The notes under the pieces: model-generated
What the model was told of the DNA's origin: nothing
The model's database searches: none
The model's input: only the letters and a program-made list of their open reading frames with translations
In this document: piece by piece, positions 1 through 345 of the stretch
Layout: each line of letters begins with the position of its first letter
Position numbering within the stretch: position 1 is the first letter of the stretch
Assembly: GCF_003334335.1 (NCBI RefSeq)
Contig: NZ_QOWQ01000212.1
Source of the DNA: Escherichia coli
GTDB taxonomy: Bacteria; Pseudomonadota; Gammaproteobacteria; Enterobacterales; Enterobacteriaceae
Length of the DNA stretch: 345 bases
Direction: 5' to 3' (one strand)
Position numbers and translations under genes: made by a program

Positions 1-24
1 TGAGCTCAGCCAGTCGTACTCGTT

Positions 25-65
25 TTCCGGGTGACGGAACATCAGTTCAGGGTGACGCTCATCAG
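25..65. repeat. Tandem imperfect direct repeat, two adjacent ~20/21-bp units, spanning the yeeT stop codon
   Basis: Seen in sequence: plus 25..45 ttccgggtgacggaacatcag and plus 46..65 ttcagggtgacgctcatcag are adjacent; about 17 of 21 positions match, sharing TTC-GGGTGACG-CATCAG. On the minus strand, unit A (65..46) encodes the yeeT C-terminus ...LMSVTLN and ends in the TGA stop; unit B (45..25) follows directly. Biological meaning unknown. Confidence 0.5.
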
Positions 66-263
66 CCGGACATACGGACCAAAACTGTCCTTACGGCGTT
101 CTGCAAACACGGCCAGCACACCGGGAATATCCTGCACTTCACGACCGGTATACGCTTCAGCACTGCCGTGCCAGCGGTATTTGCCGGTACAGAACGGAAA
201 AAGACGGGATGCCGGATGCTGACGGTGAATACGCATGGCTTCGCCACGGGTGATGATTTTCAT
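42..263 (-). CDS. yeeT: DUF987 family small protein (YeeT/YpjJ/YkfH family), function unknown; complete 73-aa ORF
   Basis: Seen in sequence: ATG at 263..261, TGA stop at 44..42, translation MKIITRGEAMRIHRQHPASRLFPFCTGKYRWHGSAEAYTGREVQDIPGVLAVFAERRKDSFGPYVRLMSVTLN. An AGAGG Shine-Dalgarno lies 8-9 nt upstream. Established knowledge, from memory and not verified: this is near-identical to E. coli K-12 YeeT (CP4-44 prophage), with perhaps one or two substitutions; paralogs ypjJ and ykfH exist, so the exact symbol is less certain than the family. The protein is basic (about 12 K/R against 6 D/E). The antisense and alternate-frame ORFs over this interval have no such support. Confidence 0.85.
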   Translation of the reverse strand: MKIITRGEAMRIHRQHPASRLFPFCTGKYRWHGSAEAYTGREVQDIPGVLAVFAERRKDSFGPYVRLMSVTLN

Positions 264-271
264 AGTGGGAT

Positions 272-277
272 ACCTCT
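272..277 (-). promoter_or_regulatory. Shine-Dalgarno / ribosome-binding site for the DUF987 (yeeT-like) gene
   Basis: Seen in sequence: minus strand reads ...ttcAGAGGTatcccactATG, a purine-rich AGAGG(T) core 8-9 nt upstream of the ATG at 263..261, which is canonical spacing. Confidence 0.55.
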
Positions 278-305
278 GAAGACAGAAGATAAAAGTGAAA
301 ACAGG

Positions 306-321
306 TGTGATGTGGTTGTGA
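306..321. repeat. Short direct repeat TGTGA-N6-TGTGA (11-bp periodicity) in the RadC-like/yeeT spacer
   Basis: Seen in sequence: TGTGA at 306..310 and again at 317..321, separated by tgtggt, which is itself TGTGA-like. Sits directly 3' of the RadC-like stop (326..328). Could be a chance GT-rich tract. Confidence 0.3.
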
Positions 322-325
322 CGGG

Positions 326-345
326 TTAAAGCAGACCATGTTCGG
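326..345 (-). CDS. 3' end (last 5 codons plus TAA stop) of a RadC-like JAB-domain protein gene (yeeS/yfjY/ykfG-like); 5' part lies beyond the window
   Basis: Seen in sequence: minus-strand frame offset from yeeT reads gaa cat ggt ctg ctt taa, i.e. ...E-H-G-L-L-stop, with TAA at 328..326. Established knowledge: RadC-family proteins end in a ...FAE(R/H)G(L/W)(L/I) motif, and a RadC-like gene sits immediately upstream of the DUF987 gene in CP4-44, CP4-57 and CP4-6. Only six codons are visible, so the call rests mainly on synteny and this short motif. Confidence 0.45.

Noticed and set aside
27-37. Possible terminator hairpin downstream of yeeT (ccgggtgacgg)
   Set aside because: Only a ~3-bp stem and no following U-tract. 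Not a credible intrinsic terminator, and an operon continuing into a downstream toxin-antitoxin pair is expected.
31-222. Plus-strand ORF of 63 aa (GTG start), antisense to yeeT
   Set aside because: It lies entirely antisense to a strongly supported conserved gene, uses a GTG start with no Shine-Dalgarno upstream, and its product (MTEHQFRVTLISRTYGPKLS...) resembles nothing I recognise. It is most likely a shadow ORF.
62-247. Minus-strand ORF of 61 aa in an alternate frame within yeeT
   Set aside because: It is nested in another frame of the recognised DUF987 gene, with no RBS and no recognisable product. Shadow ORF.
306-321. CRP-like binding site (TGTGA motifs)
   Set aside because: The two TGTGA elements are direct, not inverted (a CRP site requires TGTGA-N6-TCACA).
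264-325. Sigma70 promoter for yeeT in the spacer
   Set aside because: Candidate hexamers (tttcac, tttatc on the minus strand) match consensus poorly and are not at 16-18 bp spacing. No call made without a transcription start-site map.
157-339. Minus-strand ORF of 60 aa (MVCFNPSQPHH...) spanning the RadC-like stop, the spacer and the yeeT 5' half
   Set aside because: It overlaps two better-supported reading frames and the RBS, and its product is low-complexity (S/H/P-rich) with no recognisable family. Likely spurious.
264-345. The yeeT reading frame stays open upstream of the ATG to the window edge, suggesting an N-terminally extended protein
   Set aside because: About 27 stop-free codons is within chance. 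The ATG at 263..261 has a properly spaced Shine-Dalgarno and gives the MKIIT... N-terminus matching the known family. The upstream gene ends in a different frame at 328..326.
1-345. A novel or previously undescribed biological system in this window
   Set aside because: Everything visible maps onto a known cryptic-prophage module architecture (RadC-like, then DUF987, then the spacer toward the toxin-antitoxin pair). 345 bp is too short to reveal any new gene arrangement, and claiming novelty would be unsupported.

Overview
This 345-bp window is read on the minus strand and matches a well-known E. coli-type cryptic-prophage (CP4-44/CP4-57/CP4-6-like) island module, not a novel system. It holds one complete small gene (42..263, 73 aa) whose product I recognise from memory as the YeeT/YpjJ/YkfH family (DUF987), a conserved protein of unknown function. 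Upstream of it, at the window edge (326..345), are the last five codons and TAA stop of a different frame ending '...EHGLL*', consistent with the C-terminus of a RadC-like JAB-domain gene (yeeS/yfjY/ykfG-like). That gene normally precedes the DUF987 gene, and a CbeA/CbtA-type toxin-antitoxin pair normally follows it, outside this window. A 62-bp spacer with an AGAGG Shine-Dalgarno separates the two genes. The only uncharacterised element is the DUF987 gene itself. The sequence features not explained by the gene calls are a tandem imperfect ~20-bp repeat straddling the DUF987 stop codon and a TGTGA-N6-TGTGA direct repeat in the spacer. All family assignments are from recollection and could not be checked by search.
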